This document shows positions 50,463 to 64,000 of a stretch of DNA of 64,000 nt, piece by piece (position 1 is the first letter of the stretch; each line of letters starts with the position of its first letter). The notes under the pieces are model-generated. The model was not told where the DNA came from and ran no database searches. It worked only from the letters and a program-made list of their open reading frames with translations. The position numbers and the translations under genes were made by a program. Source of the DNA: Selaginella moellendorffii (Eukaryota > Plantae > Lycopodiophyta); assembly GCF_000143415.4 (NCBI RefSeq), contig NW_003314364.1:124422-188421 (forward strand), written 5' to 3'.

Positions 50463-51664
50463 TATTCCTTTACTAAGTTTCTAATGTATTTTATTTCAAG
50501 GTGAACAATCCGAATCTGAATCAGAGGAGGCGTGATGGCATGTGGCCTGAGATGATGTGACATATGCATTTACCAATCACACGTGCATAAATCTAATAAT
50601 ATGGCGTGTGGCCTATATTAATGGCACATAAACCCATATTGTGGGCTTACGTGCTTTATGTACCATCATTCCCTTGCAGCGTGTGTGTTGGTTTCCTTTT
50701 ATAACACAACGAACTCCATATTTTAGGGTGAAGAGCATTCTCATAGCAAGCACAAAATCTGTAAGTGAGGCAGAAAAGGAGACGGAGAAGGAGATAGGTG
50801 AAGATGTAGAATATATAAGTCTTCCAAACTCCCCATACTATACTCCAGGTGATCATTTTTCTGAACAAACGGCAACATTAACAACTATCGAGAACGCCCC
50901 AGTAACGTCAGAGACAACAATCCAAAACAAAACAACTGACCCGGAGAAGGATGATAGTACCGCTGAGAGTACCAAAAAGGAGGTGTCCACTAGCGCTTAG
51001 GCTTATAATGGCGTGTGCCCTCATGCCATTTACTTGATCACCAAATACCTTTTTCCCTTTGCACTAGTATATCTTAATACCGGTCTGAGAAATAGAATGG
51101 CATGTGCCCTTAGGCCTTTTACTAAATCACCTTTGAAAGAAATGCAAGCCTCTATGTCGTAAAAAAAAGGTACTAGAGAAATTCCTTAATAATATGAATG
51201 TTATTTAGTTTCATGAAAATACACTAAGGGTCAAATGAGTTAAATGACTTCTCCAGACTAGCAATGCCTCTTGCTACACCTTCACAATTAGATTTGTTAG
51301 AAAAAGATAACATTGAATAATATCTAAATGTTCTCACCATTAAGTTATATGTCTGGCTAATAGGAATGACGTTCATCTTGGAAAGCTCACCACACGCTCA
51401 ATGAACAAACAAATAGTGTGTGCGCGCATGCTATCGCTCTTCTTTAGCTTCAGATTCAGCTTGTTCACCTTGACAATGAGATTTATTATAAAACCAGATG
51501 GACTCAGTCTGGACATAAAGTCACCGCGCTAGTCACCATGCCCCAGATATGTCTAGCCCCTGGACAAAAAATATATAATTTCACGTCATTTTCAAATACT
51601 TGAAAATTTGTACCTAGTCCCATTTTACTGAATAAATCCCACTTTAACGAAATAGAGCATCATC

Positions 51665-54600
51665 GCAAATAATCCTCCAGCTGCCTATTCACCCTTTCCG
51701 TTTGTCCGTCTGTCAAGAAGTGTTAGTGGCACCAAACTTGACTTAATACCCCATACCTGTCTGTGGGTGATAGGCGGTGCTGAATTTCAACTTGGTGCGA
51801 TACTGTTCCAGGAGAGTCCTCTAGAACCTACTAGTGAAGATCTTATCTCGATCTGAGATAATCTCTTCCGGCCTTCCCCGCACTCGAACCACTTGTTCGA
51901 AGAACAGCTTCGCCACACCTTCCGCATCCACTTTCGTTGTGGTGGGTATGAAATGTGCCATTTTCAAAAATCGGTCCACCACCACGAATATCGCATCAAA
52001 CCCCTCGCTTGGGGGAAGTCCCATGATGAAGTCCATTGTAAGACATTTCCACGGACGATCTGGAATTGGGATGCTTTGCAACAAGCCCCCACTAGCCTTA
52101 GTCACGGCTTTGACCTGCTGACATGTTGGACATGTCTTTACATAGTCTTGGACGTCCTTAGCCATATCTGGCCAATGGTACTTCCTTTTGAGTAAGCCCA
52201 TCGTCTTGGGCACTCCGCCGTGTCCCGCAAGAGGTCCGTCATAACACTCTTCTAAGGCTACCTTCCTTAATTCCCCTTCTGGAACATACACCCTTGTTTG
52301 CTTGTAATAGATGAGTCCGTTGCGTTCCGCATAGCCCATTTTCTCTTCCGTTGGCAGCTCACCTCTCTGGTGAGCTTCCTGCGCCTCTAGATTCCTTAGC
52401 AAAACTTCTTGTGCTAGACCATCGTTCTCATATGCTGTCCGCACATTGTCCCAAAAGGTTGATGTTGCGCTGAATATCGCCAACCTCAAGCTCGCTTTTC
52501 GACTTAGCGCATCTGCCACGATGTTGCTCTTCCCAGGCTTGTACAGAATCTCGCAATCAAACTCAGCCAAGGCATTGGCCCACCGACCTGTAAGCTCCTG
52601 AGTTTGGACTTTCCGGGAGGTCACCCAGCCCAATACTATTCAAACCCAAGGACGCTTAACTCCAACTATCCCAAGACCCTTAACCAATTGGAAAAGGGGG
52701 TGCACTCTTGTTCATGGGCCCTTTCCCTCTATATTTGAACCCCATGGATTGTCTCTCGAGTCGTTCCCTTTGGTCGCTCTCTTGACACCCTACCCCTCGG
52801 GTTGAGCCCAGCGGGAGCAAACTGGACCAGCCAGATGTCACATGTGGTGTGATTCTCTTAGCCAACCAAGAGAGTCGGACCCGAGACCTCTCTGATACCA
52901 AATATAAGCTCCTGAGTTTAGACTTTCCGGGAGGTCACCCAGCCCAGTACTATTCAAACCCAAGGACGCTTAACTCCAACTATCCCAAGACCCTTAACCA
53001 ATTGGAAAAGGGGGTGCACTCTTGTTCATGGGCCCTTTCCCTCTATATTTGAACCCCATGGATCGTCTCTCGAGTCATTCCCTTTGGTTTCTTACACGAC
53101 CTTGTTTCCCTCTCAGGTCGGGCTGTGACAAGAAGTGTTTCGTTGCCACATTGTCCGTGTAAACCTTGAAGTGTCTCCCAAGGTAGTGTCGCCACTCCTT
53201 GAGCACCTTGACCACCACAAACAATTCCTTCTCATGGGCAGGCCACTTCCGTTGAGCCTTGTCCAACTTCTTCGAGAAGAACGCTACTGGATGGTTGTCT
53301 TGCTTCAAAACTGCGCCCAACGCAAAGTCCGAAGCATCCGTGTCTACCTCAAAGACCTTACCAAAATCTGGTAATGCCAACACCGGAGCCTTCCTCAACT
53401 TCCCTTTGAGGTGGACGAATGCCGCCTCGCATTCTGCTGTCCATACCATTTTCCCTTTTCCTGTTTGGTCCGTTAAGGGTAGGGCTACTCTCGAATAATG
53501 TCTGATAAACTTTCGGTAGTAGTTGCATAGCCCCAAGAACGCCCTCAACTCATGTACATTCGATGGTCGCTCCCATTCCTGGATCGCTTGGACCTTCTCC
53601 AGGTCCACCTTGAGCCCGTCCCAGCCCACCACATGCCCGAGAAACTTTACCTCTTGTTGAGCAAAGTCACATTTGCTCTCTTTAGCATACAGTTGGTGTT
53701 CCCTTAGTTTCTCAAACACCTTCGCCAAATGTTCGGCATGCTCCTCTAGCGTCTCGCTATAGATCAGGATGTCATCAATATAGACGACCACGAAGTGATT
53801 CAGATAGGGTACAAAGATGTGGTTCATTAGCGCCGAAAACGTTGCCGGCGCATTGCATAGCCCGAAGGGCATCACCAGAAACTCAAAGCTCCCATACCTC
53901 GTTCGACAGGTTGTCTTCTCGACATCTTCCTCGGCTACCCTGATCTGGTAGTATCCTGACCTTAGGTCAATCCTTGAGAAGTATTTTGCCTTTCCCAACC
54001 TATCGAATAGGTCCACAATTCTTGGCAAAGGGTACTTGTTCTTCTTTGTATACTTGTTGAGCAACCGGTAGTCTATGCACATGCACATAGAACCATCTTT
54101 CTTTTTCACAAATAACACTGGCACCCCATACGGCGACTTGCTCAACCTAACATACCCTTTATCCACCAACTCCTATAGTTGGCACTTGAGCTCCTTGAGT
54201 TCTTTTTTGTTCAAACGATAGGGGGGACGAACCACCGCCTCAGCACCCTCGATCAGCTCAATCTTATGTTCTATCGGTCGTGCAGGGGGCAACCCCGCCG
54301 GTGGCTCCTCCGGCATGGTATCCTGGAATTGGTCCAACACACGCTGGATCACCAGTTCCGTTCCTGTCTTTTTGTCACTCTTCACCGAGAGTAAGCACAA
54401 AAAGGCTGCCTTAGTTCCTTTGGTGAGTTGTCCTCTCGTGAACACCAGATTTAAGCAGGAATCTTTGGCCTTGCTTTGCCCTACCTTTAGATCCTGGGCC
54501 TCCACCCTAGATCTTCTTCCTTGGGCATTTGCCAGTACCACAAGGTTCTTACCTTGTCTATGCAGGGCTACCACGAACCGATTAAACCAATCCATTCCAA

Positions 54601-55051
54601 AGATCACGTCAAATCCCGCCATGTCCAACACGGTGAAATCCATGTCTACTTTCCATGTCCCTACTTCGACTCTCGCTTGTCGAAGTACCTCATCGGTGCT
54701 TTGGCTACCTTGAACAAACTCTATAGTCCTTGGTTCGCCTAGCCGCTGCACCGTTAGTCCGGCTTGCCGAACTATGTCTGCAGCCACAAAATTATCCGAA
54801 GCACCCGTGTCAATAAGGATCTTAACAAAGCTACCTCCGAGATTCCCTCGGAGGGCTAGTAGATGTCGCGAACAATTCTCTACCAAAGTTGCTCGTGTAA
54901 TGAGTAACTTTGAGTTAGGGATTGGATCACATACCTCATTTTGGATTTCACCCGACTTGATGGCCATATTGGCTCTGGCCTTCTTCGGATAGGGACATTC
55001 CCTCGAAAAGTGTCCCGCTTCACCGCAGTTGTAGCATACGTTTTTTCCCAT
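51665..55051 (-). pseudogene. Gypsy gag knuckle, protease, RT, RNase H and integrase
   Basis: [36 protein letters not shown]...CPTC, MDFI. Confidence 0.92.
52589..53096 (-). mobile_element. Cassandra TRIM (508 bp; LTRs 52589-52787 and 52903-53096)
   Basis: TSD CGACC; PBS TGGTATCAGAG at 52890-52900; PPT; LTRs contain 5S A/C-box-like AGTTAAGCGT...GGGTGACCTCCCGGAAAGTCC. Confidence 0.92.
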
Positions 55052-55183
55052 GCTGCTATACGACTTGACCTTCTTATCCGTGGGTTTGTCTTATTTCGCT
55101 TGACTCCCCCACGTACTCGCGCGTTGGGCACCGGATTTGCCTTTTCGGAACCCCGAGGACTCATTCTTAGAGAACTCTAGAGA

Positions 55184-56565
55184 AACAACGTATGCTACAA
55201 CTGCGGTGAAGCGGGACACTTTTCGAGGGAATGTCCCTACCCGAAGAAGGCCAGAGCTAATATGGCCATTAAGTCGGGTGAAATCCAAAATGAGGTATGT
55301 GATCCAGTCCCTAACTCAAAGTTACTCATTACATGAGCAACTTTGGTAGAGAGTCATTCGCGACATCTACTAGCCCTCCGAGGGAAGCTCGGAGGTAGCT
55401 TTGTTAAGATCCTTATTGACACGGGTGCTTCGGATAATTTTGTGGCTGCAGACATAGTCCGGCAAGCCAGACTAATGGCACAGCGGCTAGGCGAACCAAG
55501 GACTATAGAGTTTGTTCAAGGTAGCCAAAGCACCGATGAGGTACTTTGACAAGTGAGAGTCGAAGTAGGGACATGGAAAGTAGACATGGATTTCATCGTG
55601 TTGGACATGGCGGGATTTGACGTGATCTTCAGAATGGATTGGTTTAATCGGTTCGTGGTAGCCTTGCATGGACAAGGTAAGAACCTTGTGGTACTGGCAA
55701 ATGCCCAAGGAAGAAGATCTAGGGTGGAGGCCCAGGATCTAAAGGTAGGGCAAAGCAAGGCCAAAGATTCCTGCTTAAACCTGGTGTCCACGAGAGGACA
55801 ACTCACCAAAGGAACTAAGGCAGCCTTTTTGTGCTTACTCTCGGTGAAGAGTGACAAAAAGACAGGAACGGAAGAAAAACCTTTAGTGATCCAGCGGGTG
55901 TTGGACCAATTCCAAGATACCATACCGGAGGAGCTACCGGCGGAATTGCCCCCTGCACGACCGATAGAACATAAGATTCTATAGCAAGCTGGTCGAGGGT
56001 GCTGAGGCGGTGGTTCGTCCCCCCTATCATTTGAACGAAAAAGAACTCAAGGAGCTCAAGTGCCAACTAGAGGAGTTGGTGGACAAAGGGTATGTTAGGT
56101 TGAGCAAGTCGCCGTATGGGGTGCCGGTATTATTTGTGAAAAAGAAAGATGGTTCTATGCGCATGTGCATAGACTACCGGTTGCTCAACAAGTATACAAA
56201 GAAGAACAAGTACCCTTTGCCAAGAATTGAGGACCTATTCGATAGGTTGGGAAGGCAAAATACTTCTCGAGGATTGACCTAAGGTCAGGATACTACCAGA
56301 TCAGGGTAGCCGAGGAAGATGTCGAGAAGACAACCTGTCAAACGAGGTATGGGAGGTTTGAGTTTCTGGTGATGCCCTTCGGGCTATGCAATGCGCCGGC
56401 AACGTTATCGGTGCTAATGAACCACATCTTTGTACCCTATCTGGATCACTTCGTGGTCGTCTATATCGACGACATCCTGATCTATAGCGAGACGCTAGAG
56501 GAGCATGCCGAACACTTGGCGAAGGTGTTTAAGAAACTAAGGGAACACCAACTGTATGCTAAAGA
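55184..56565 (+). pseudogene. Second gypsy fragment (knuckle-PR-RT), inverted relative to the first, interrupted by copy 3
   Basis: Reverse-complement homology to ~53680-55047. Confidence 0.9.
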
Positions 56566-59500
56566 AAGCTTTATTTCGTTAAAGTGGGAATTGTCATTAT
56601 CCCACTTGTAAAATAAGGTTTCCAAACCTTTATATAGTATATAAATATAACAAAATTCAACTGCATTGAGGCACATGCCATTTTATTTAAAGAAGGAAAT
56701 GTCTACTCAATCACTTCTCCTCCCCCTGCCACTGCTTCACCTCTCTCTTCTCCTTGTCATCGTCGTCCAATTTCTTTCCATCCTTTTAATATTGGCTCAG
56801 TTGCTCCGAGTCTAGGTGGAGCCCAAGTCCCCATTCAATCTTTACTTTCCCCTTATTAATAAAACAACTTCGTAGACTTCCAATAACATGCTGTAACACG
56901 CTGTAACACTTCTAGTATTATGCAAATCCTCTCAAAGAATTGTCTTTTAATATTAATACAATGGCATGGAACCCCATGCCATAATAAGTTACATTTTTAA
57001 ATAAATACATGCCATCTCAGACTGTTATTTTTTGCCTCCAACGCCTATACAATAATCTTGGAATTTCATCACTCTCCACACTATCAGGATTTAAACCCAA
57101 TAGTAATGCCATCTCTTCTCTAATACGTCCACGCTCATGTTCAGTGGTCGAAGAACCCATCCGGTTGAGCAGATTATGGAGATGCGGATAGTGCTTGGCT
57201 AGACAATATACATGCCATAAATGATGACTGGTGTCTGTCCAATCAAATGGCTTCTGATATACCGTTCCATCTGCCATTTGGTTGATTTCTGCAGCCACCT
57301 CCTGGACTGGCCGGTTCTCTATCACCATCGCTCCAAGCCGTTTTGCAAGGTCCCCTAGAACATACGGTTTCTTCTCCCTAGTTTCCATACTGCAAGAGAT
57401 GGGGTGCACTGCATATGTGTGCGTGTTCGCTGCAGTTTTAATCGGCGAGTCATCGATGATGAGGATTTCACTTGACCTAGCAATCTAGTTCATCACTACA
57501 GCCTCTGGCTTGACGAAGATGGGCTTGCTACCCCTCACATGGACCATAGTCAAGCAATCCTCCTGCGTTAGGAGAAAGTCAAATGGTAATATTACTCGCG
57601 TCTAATCGTGCATCATCTGTAGCAACGTTAATGCATTGTGGCGCATCATGGATGTCCAAACTCCCAATTGCAAATTGAACCCGGCCCTCTGTTTTAAGTG
57701 TCGCATGGTCATTATTAGATCCCACAGTTTCTCCCGTGTGATTAATGTGAATCTGTCTCTTTTGACCAACTTGCGACTGCAGGCTTTGGAGGGTGCAATG
57801 ACATTCGAGGACGAGCCACGCTCATGGGAGAAAAGGACACCGTTCAGATCAAAAACGATACAGTACCTTCGCCGTGACTCTGAAATGAAATGCGTCAGCA
57901 TAAAAAATGGTACAAGTCAATTTTACCATCTACAATATTAGCGAATGGTGCTCCCAATGGTCGTTCAGAGGGTTTTGGTCGAGGAAACGTGAAGGGCGGA
58001 AATACTCTCCTCTGCAATGTGGGGTCAATCGCATCCGATGGCGTGTGGGCACATGCCATTTCAGCTGTAGACTCTGGTACAACTGGCTCAACAGTGGCAT
58101 GGGGTGGTTCCGATGGCGTGTGATCACACGCCATTTCAGCTGGTGCCTCCGTTGGCAAAGTGGACATGACCGAACAGGCAGCAGGGGCGGTGTAGGGAGG
58201 TTCCAACGGCGCGTAGTCAGACGATTGGGCACACGTTGAGTCTGTTGGAAATGAGGATATGACCGGCTCGGCGGCTGGGGCGGCCTCATGCGGGTCCAAT
58301 GGCGCCTGGTCACCGTCAGTTGGATACGTGGACAAGATTGACTCAGTGGTATGGGCAGCATCAAGTGGAGCGTGGTCAGCTTGCTTGGCGTTGATATGGA
58401 TAGTAGCCTCCACCAGCTCTGATGACTCTTGCAGGCAAGTAGAGTCCACTGGCGGATCCATATGCATGTCCAAATATCTCCCTTCGATTGAGATGGTATC
58501 CTCCCTACTGGCTACTAAAAACAAACTCATTAGCACATTGAATCGACTATACTGTATTTACCATCAACTGCTATTGAGGAACTAGGACCAATATCACTTG
58601 GGCGCACTGCTGATTCTGAAGGATTGGACATACGTTTCGACCCTTGCTTGGCACTATCCTTCCTCGACACTAAAGGCTAGAGTTTGTATCTTAATTCAAC
58701 TGAATAATCTCTACTTACCATTTGCTCTGCGACCTACATGGACAATGTTAGAAATGGTAAAAGGTTAGGAATGGATGTACTATTATTTACCTGATGGTTT
58801 GTCTTGTATGACCTTCCTCTGCTGCTCTTTGGCCACCTCAGGCTGGCCATCGTCGTCATCATCGTCATCGTCGTTATTGTGATCGTCACCATTGTGAGGA
58901 CCATCCAAGTCCTCTTCGTCCTCCTCTTCTTCGTCCTCCTCTTCTTTGTCCTCCTCTTCGTCCTTCTGCTCTTCCTGCTCATTATCTTTCTCTGGCTCCT
59001 CATCCCCCTCCTGCATTTCTTCCATAGGCTGCTCAGGCTGGATGGCTTGTTCTTCCAGGACCATCTTGGGAAAATCATCTAGCCGAGTCTCCATCTCAAA
59101 ATACAAGACATCCATAGCCTGTTTTAGTGCGTGACCTAGGACCGTATCCTCACCCGACTGTCTTAACATGGTTTCTGCATGTTCTTGCACCCTTCGAAGA
59201 CGACGAGATGAGAAAAATGTGGCCCTGACTTGAAAAGCATCCCTCATCCATTGTACCTCTCCATTGAGATTGGGGAAGGGGAGTCCGCCATAGGAATCTG
59301 AGTCAGGAGGTGGTGACTGGCTGCTTTCACTCAGCCCTTGATCTGCAATGAATGGCATGAGCACACACGCCATAACTGCGAGGCATTACCTATCATCTTT
59401 TCGTTGCCCTTCTTCCTTTTCGAATCAAACGCCTCTGATCCCGACGACTGTCCAACGTGCTTTCGCTTTTTATGACCACTGTCAGTTTGAGCTTGATCTG

Positions 59501-62500
59501 CAAGAAATGGCATGAGGACCCACGCAATAACCATGACGCTTTACTTCCCGTCCTTGGAGGCTCTGTCGTGCCTTCCGCATCCTCAGGTGCCTGCTCCTCA
59601 ATTCCCTTTCGCTTTCGTGTCTTATGCGCCCATTCTACAGAAATAGCATGAGGACATACGCGATGAGCACACAAATGCTTTTACCCTTCCTCCTCTGCCC
59701 TGGTCGGTTGTCCATCTCTTTGTCTACAGCGTCTGAAAGCTGTTTTGCAGGTAGCCTAATTCGAGGTTCACGACGTCTCCTTGGCACTTGAACTGTATAT
59801 TATTGCATCAACACATGCAACATCCCATAATATTTTTAAGTTACCTTTCATAAAGTTTTCCATTGGTTCAACTCGTTTCCCTGAAATACAAACTTAGATA
59901 AGTGCATGGGGCCATATGTCATGATCGTACCTGTTTCAGAAATCTCCTTATCACTCTCCGAGGCCTCCCCCTCCTCCACTGGAGGCACAATGTTCCATTC
60001 GATTTCCTCGACGCGGTCTGCAAGAACATTAGTTAATTGCGTGGGGCCACACGCCATCAAACCTTCAGGTTCTTGTCGTGAGGTCTGCGCTGCTTGCCCT
60101 AGTCTCTTTGGAATTTGAGCTGCAAGAAGCAATGGCATGAGAATTCACGTATAACAAAAATGATTGGTACCTCTCGTCCGTTGTACTTGGCTGGTGCTTG
60201 CCTGTTTTGCATTTGAAGAAGTGTCTCCTGCAAGGAATGGCATAAGACCACACGCCATTGCAAATATAATTTGTACCTCCTTTTTTCCTATTGCTTGTCT
60301 GTTTGTCCTTCTTCGACACGCCACCAGTGCGCTTTTCAGTCCTCGTGTCTGAATATTCACAACGATCTATAATCAAAATGGCGTGAGGCCTCACGTGACC
60401 TTACCTTGTGCAGGTTGTGAGCTCGGCCCAACATGGGTATCTTCAATAGTAGTTGTTAACGCCGTTTCAGCATCTGGGGGTGGCCACGCTCCTGCATACA
60501 GAGCTNNNNNNNNNNNNNNNNNNNNNNNNNNNNNNNNNNNNNNNNNNNNNNNNNNNNNNNNNNNNNNNNNNNNNNNNNNNNNNNNNNNNNNNNNNNNNNN
60601 NNNNNTACTCACCAGGTTCGCAGAGAAGATACTGTTTTTCTTTGGCAACTGTAATTATATGCTCCATTGAAGTCACCTCTTCAATGGAGTTTGTCACCGC
60701 AACACACGGGACACCCTTGAGTAGTGCGGCTCGAAAGAATAGTCCGCCGCAGTTGTACTCGACAACGCATTTGCCCTTGGTGTCACCCGCTATTGCGTTG
60801 AAGACCCAGCTGAGCATTTCCCATGCTGCACCTGGAGCTTTCTTTGGATTCGAAAGCTCCATAGCCGTCTTCAGTTCCTTAGGCACGGGTAAATTGACCT
60901 CCCTCAGATCAATTCGATCGGCCTTGTCGAACGAAGCTGGGAAGTCACTCCAGTCCCACTCTGCTGCAGGACCAATAACAAGGGCGAGTGTGAAGATGCG
61001 GACATTCGTCGGTATCTTCTTCTTAGCCATTATCCCATGTATCTCCCGCATCTCCTTGCCTTTCAACCGAGCCTTCACCTCGTTCAAGGCCTTCCAGAAC
61101 TTGTGATAGGATTTGGAGTCGTAGATCATATAGTGGACTGAAGATTCCACCTCCGCAAGTCCCACCATTAAGTCAATGATGGAGCTGACTTCGTCTGCAT
61201 GAGTGATCTCCTCGTTTGTGAAGTCCATCACACAAAAGATGTTCTTGACCTGCTTTGACAAGGCGTTGAGCTTCAAATCATTGGGCTTCCGGCCGTCCTC
61301 CACACCCATTGAGTTTAGCAACTCCCCGTCATGGTACCTCCTCAGCACATCTACCCATTTGTCAAAAACAACTTTTGTCGTGAGTAGAATGTTATGGATG
61401 CTGAGTGTGTCATTGACCCCCAGTGTTTTCGAGAGAAGACTCGAGAATTCCTACAATGGAAATGGCGTGAGGCCACATGCTATGCCACATGCAACGAGGC
61501 TTACCTACCAGGCGCTAGTTGCTAGTGCACGTCCTTGTCCTGGTTTTTGTGGCTTCTTCAGTTGAACCCAGAGCTTCCGTGTTCGTCCCAATGTCTCGTG
61601 CAGACCTGATTTGTACCACGTTTCTTGCTTGACATTCTGTGCGTGGGAGATGTATATGATAGATCGGAGGGGCGAGTTGCCTTTTATCAGGCGGACAACT
61701 CTTGTCTTGAAGACTTTCTTCACCTCCTCGCCCACCATAATATCCACAACTATCTCTTGCATCACCAAGCTAGAATGCTGCCCAGAGACGGCATAGAACC
61801 GGATGTTCTGATCGTCCAACACCTTCCTATTGATCAAGTCTGGAAACCTCGTCTCGCCCTTCATTGTTCGGTAGTAGGGGATCACGTCTGCGATGTCGGG
61901 TGTTACTGGACTTGCCAGCATCTTCTGCTTCAGTTTCTCCACCCACTCATCAGATACTAGCCTGTGGTTGTATTTGCTTTGGATGTCAATGTGGCTCACA
62001 TCGATTGTATATACTTTGTTGGAATAGTAACAAGTACTATTATCTGCGACGATTTTTGCTGCCTCTTCTTGCTCTTTCTGCTCTTTGCAGCTCTTCTTTT
62101 TGGTGGGTGTAGTGTTCGAACCTGAGGCAATGGCATCACCCAGTAGCTTCTTTTTTGGAGCAGGAGAGTCGGACGTCGGCTTGAGCTTGACCACCCTTTT
62201 CTGCTTCGGGGTAGTTTCCAGATCGACCCCCTTCCCCTTCGCTTCGCAAACTGGAGTCACTCTCAACGGCTCAATGTTGGAATATAGTTTTTGAACATCG
62301 CCGTAGGTGAGGTGGATTCCATGTGATCTTCATAGACCTGCAGCGTCTTTGAAATTGTGGGCCTCCTGGACAACCTCTCCCTAGTTCCCTCTAGGAATTC
62401 CTCATAGCCGCTGCCCCCCTCCGGGAAGCCGCTAGGATGTGCAAGGTGGATCTTGAAGGCGGACGCTGTCTCTACCACAAGTGCCAGTCCATATTCTTGC

Positions 62501-64000
62501 ATGGAACTACATGGAGTGTCTGTCACTTGGATGAGGATCCCCATGCATTCTTTTCTCCCACCATCTGTGTTGTACAGCCTCAGATCCTCGCCTTCCATCC
62601 CGAAAGTTCAACTGGTGAGCTCCTCCCCCTTCTCTACATCCACATTGACAGTGGCTGGAAGAAGAACGCAATTCCTCGCCTGTTTAGAAATGCACAACAA
62701 TTAGAGCTGACAGATGAAAAGCTAGCAGCTGGAAATAACGTGAGGCCACATGCCATTCACCACTGCATCAGATGTCTTGAGGCTGCATCCTAAGATGGCA
62801 TGAGGCTATATGCCATCTGTAACTGGACTGCACTCGAGAGCCCAATCGGTGCATGCCAATGTTGCTACTGAATGGCATGTGGCCTCATGCCATTTTCTAC
62901 TTGGCCTAAAAGACTTACCATTTGAAGCCGAATGGAGGCGTGACAATCGAGGCCGGACTCGCTGGCGAATGTGCACTGTGTGTGCAGCGGATCGTAGCAG
63001 CAAGGCTACTCTGCCACTTACAGTTGGAGAGTGGCGCTGAAATCTCCCGGGACGCCAAGTGGGCTGCGTGTGGGTGGCGGAGTGGGTGGCAGAGTTGGCG
63101 GCGAAGTTACAAACTGGGTGTGTCTTGAAGTGGACGCCGATGCACACGAGCGCGATGCGAGCGCGACTGTGATGCAAGCGCGAGTGGACGCTGATGCACA
63201 CGAGAAACCTGTAAAGAAGGTAGATGAGCGCAAATGTGAGCGTGATCGCGAGTGGGAGCGCGATGCGAGCGCGAGTGTGCGAGCGCAAGTACGAAGCAAA
63301 ATGCAAAACCTAACCTCACACACGCGAAATGTCACGACGGTTGGTAATCCCGCAACGTCATCATTCCTCGGACTTGGGCGCCACCATTAATTTCTGGATC
63401 GCCGCACGCATGCATGACGTGAAATCCAAAAGAAATCCGCAACGTCATCATTCCTCGGACTGCATGCACGCGAAATCCAAAAGAAAGATCATGATTGGGA
63501 TATCATTTAATACCCTCGCTATATTTATACCATGCATGATTGGATATTCTAAAGCATCTTGTATTTCCAAAAATGCCAGATGTTCAGCTAAATAAAGAAT
63601 GGTATACAATGTCCTTCTTGATGACCCTGCAAAGAAGCATCTCGATTGGACACCACATGAGACCACACGAGCCTTACAATGTTTCAGGGGCATTTGCCAT
63701 AGATCCGACTGTTATTTTGCTCCAAGATTTTACAGTTTGGTGTGCATTGACCTTTCCATCGACACTGCAAAGGGACATCACAATCAGATGCGGGATCACA
63801 AGAAACTAACTTCACTAACTCTGGTTTCACCAAGATCTACGTTATGAAATGAAAGGACCCTCTCTATTGAAATGTGTTTATGGTCCTAGGGGCATTGTGA
63901 CATATCAAAGGATTTTGCATCAAGTTCTGTATTTGCATGTTTATCAAGCTACTGAATTGCTAAACCCTAAACCCTCCCTAAATATGTGGCAAATGCTGCA
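56566..64000. mobile_element. DNA transposon copy 3 (runs off the right edge)
   Basis: TIR AAGCTTTATTTCGTTAAAGTGGGA at 56566; interrupts RT at YAKE; predicted TSD AAGA. Confidence 0.92.
57017..62921 (-). pseudogene. Cargo gene of copy 3; retains the ParB-like motif and the extra linker exons
   Basis: FYAVSGQHS at ~61771-61798; frameshift ~62313, stops at 61505 and 57602, central deletion at ~61258. Confidence 0.78.

Larger units (their letters stand above)
42476..51660. mobile_element. DNA transposon copy 2 (9185 bp, internally deleted, inverted relative to copy 1)
   Basis: Both TIRs; TSD CATC at 42472-42475 and 51661-51664; the empty site restores integrase DYLRCYV. Confidence 0.95.
40096..55170 (-). 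mobile_element. Ty3/gypsy chromovirus (5'-truncated) with nested transposon copy 2 and Cassandra
   Basis: Order knuckle-PR-RT-RH-IN-chromodomain-PPT-LTR on the minus strand. Confidence 0.92.

Noticed and set aside
52600-52670. Functional 5S rRNA genes
   Set aside because: Partial, diverged and embedded in Cassandra LTRs
60506-60605. 100-bp unknown insert in copy 3
   Set aside because: Placeholder gap; copy 2 shows only ~29 bp of intron here

Overview
A nest of plant-type transposable elements with no host gene. The plant assignment rests on tRNA-iMet PBSs, a chromovirus, a 5S-bearing Cassandra TRIM and TTTAGGG repeats. The main feature is three copies (10896-25821, 42476-51660, 56566->64000) of one large DNA transposon (about 13-15 kb) with 24-bp TIRs and 4-bp TSDs, each inserted into another TE. 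It encodes a ~1040-aa Sola-like DDD transposase. On the other strand it carries one multi-exon cargo gene. Spliced across the copies, this reads as a single protein of roughly 1,700-1,800 aa: ParB-like domain, degenerate amino-DNA-methyltransferase-like fold, low-complexity linker and FCP1/NIF-like HAD phosphatase. The element also carries ~25-30 copies of a 22-bp palindrome (ATGGCRTG-WGGCCW-CAYGCCAT), many inside very short introns of the cargo gene. This is a candidate self-recognition or anti-silencing system; that function is inference. The surroundings comprise L1/Tx1-like LINE copies, a Ty3/gypsy chromovirus with an inverted partial copy, solo LTRs with TSDs, Cassandra elements, small satellites and two N gaps. 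All coding copies seen carry lesions. Domain calls are by eye from motifs and need HMM or structure confirmation.
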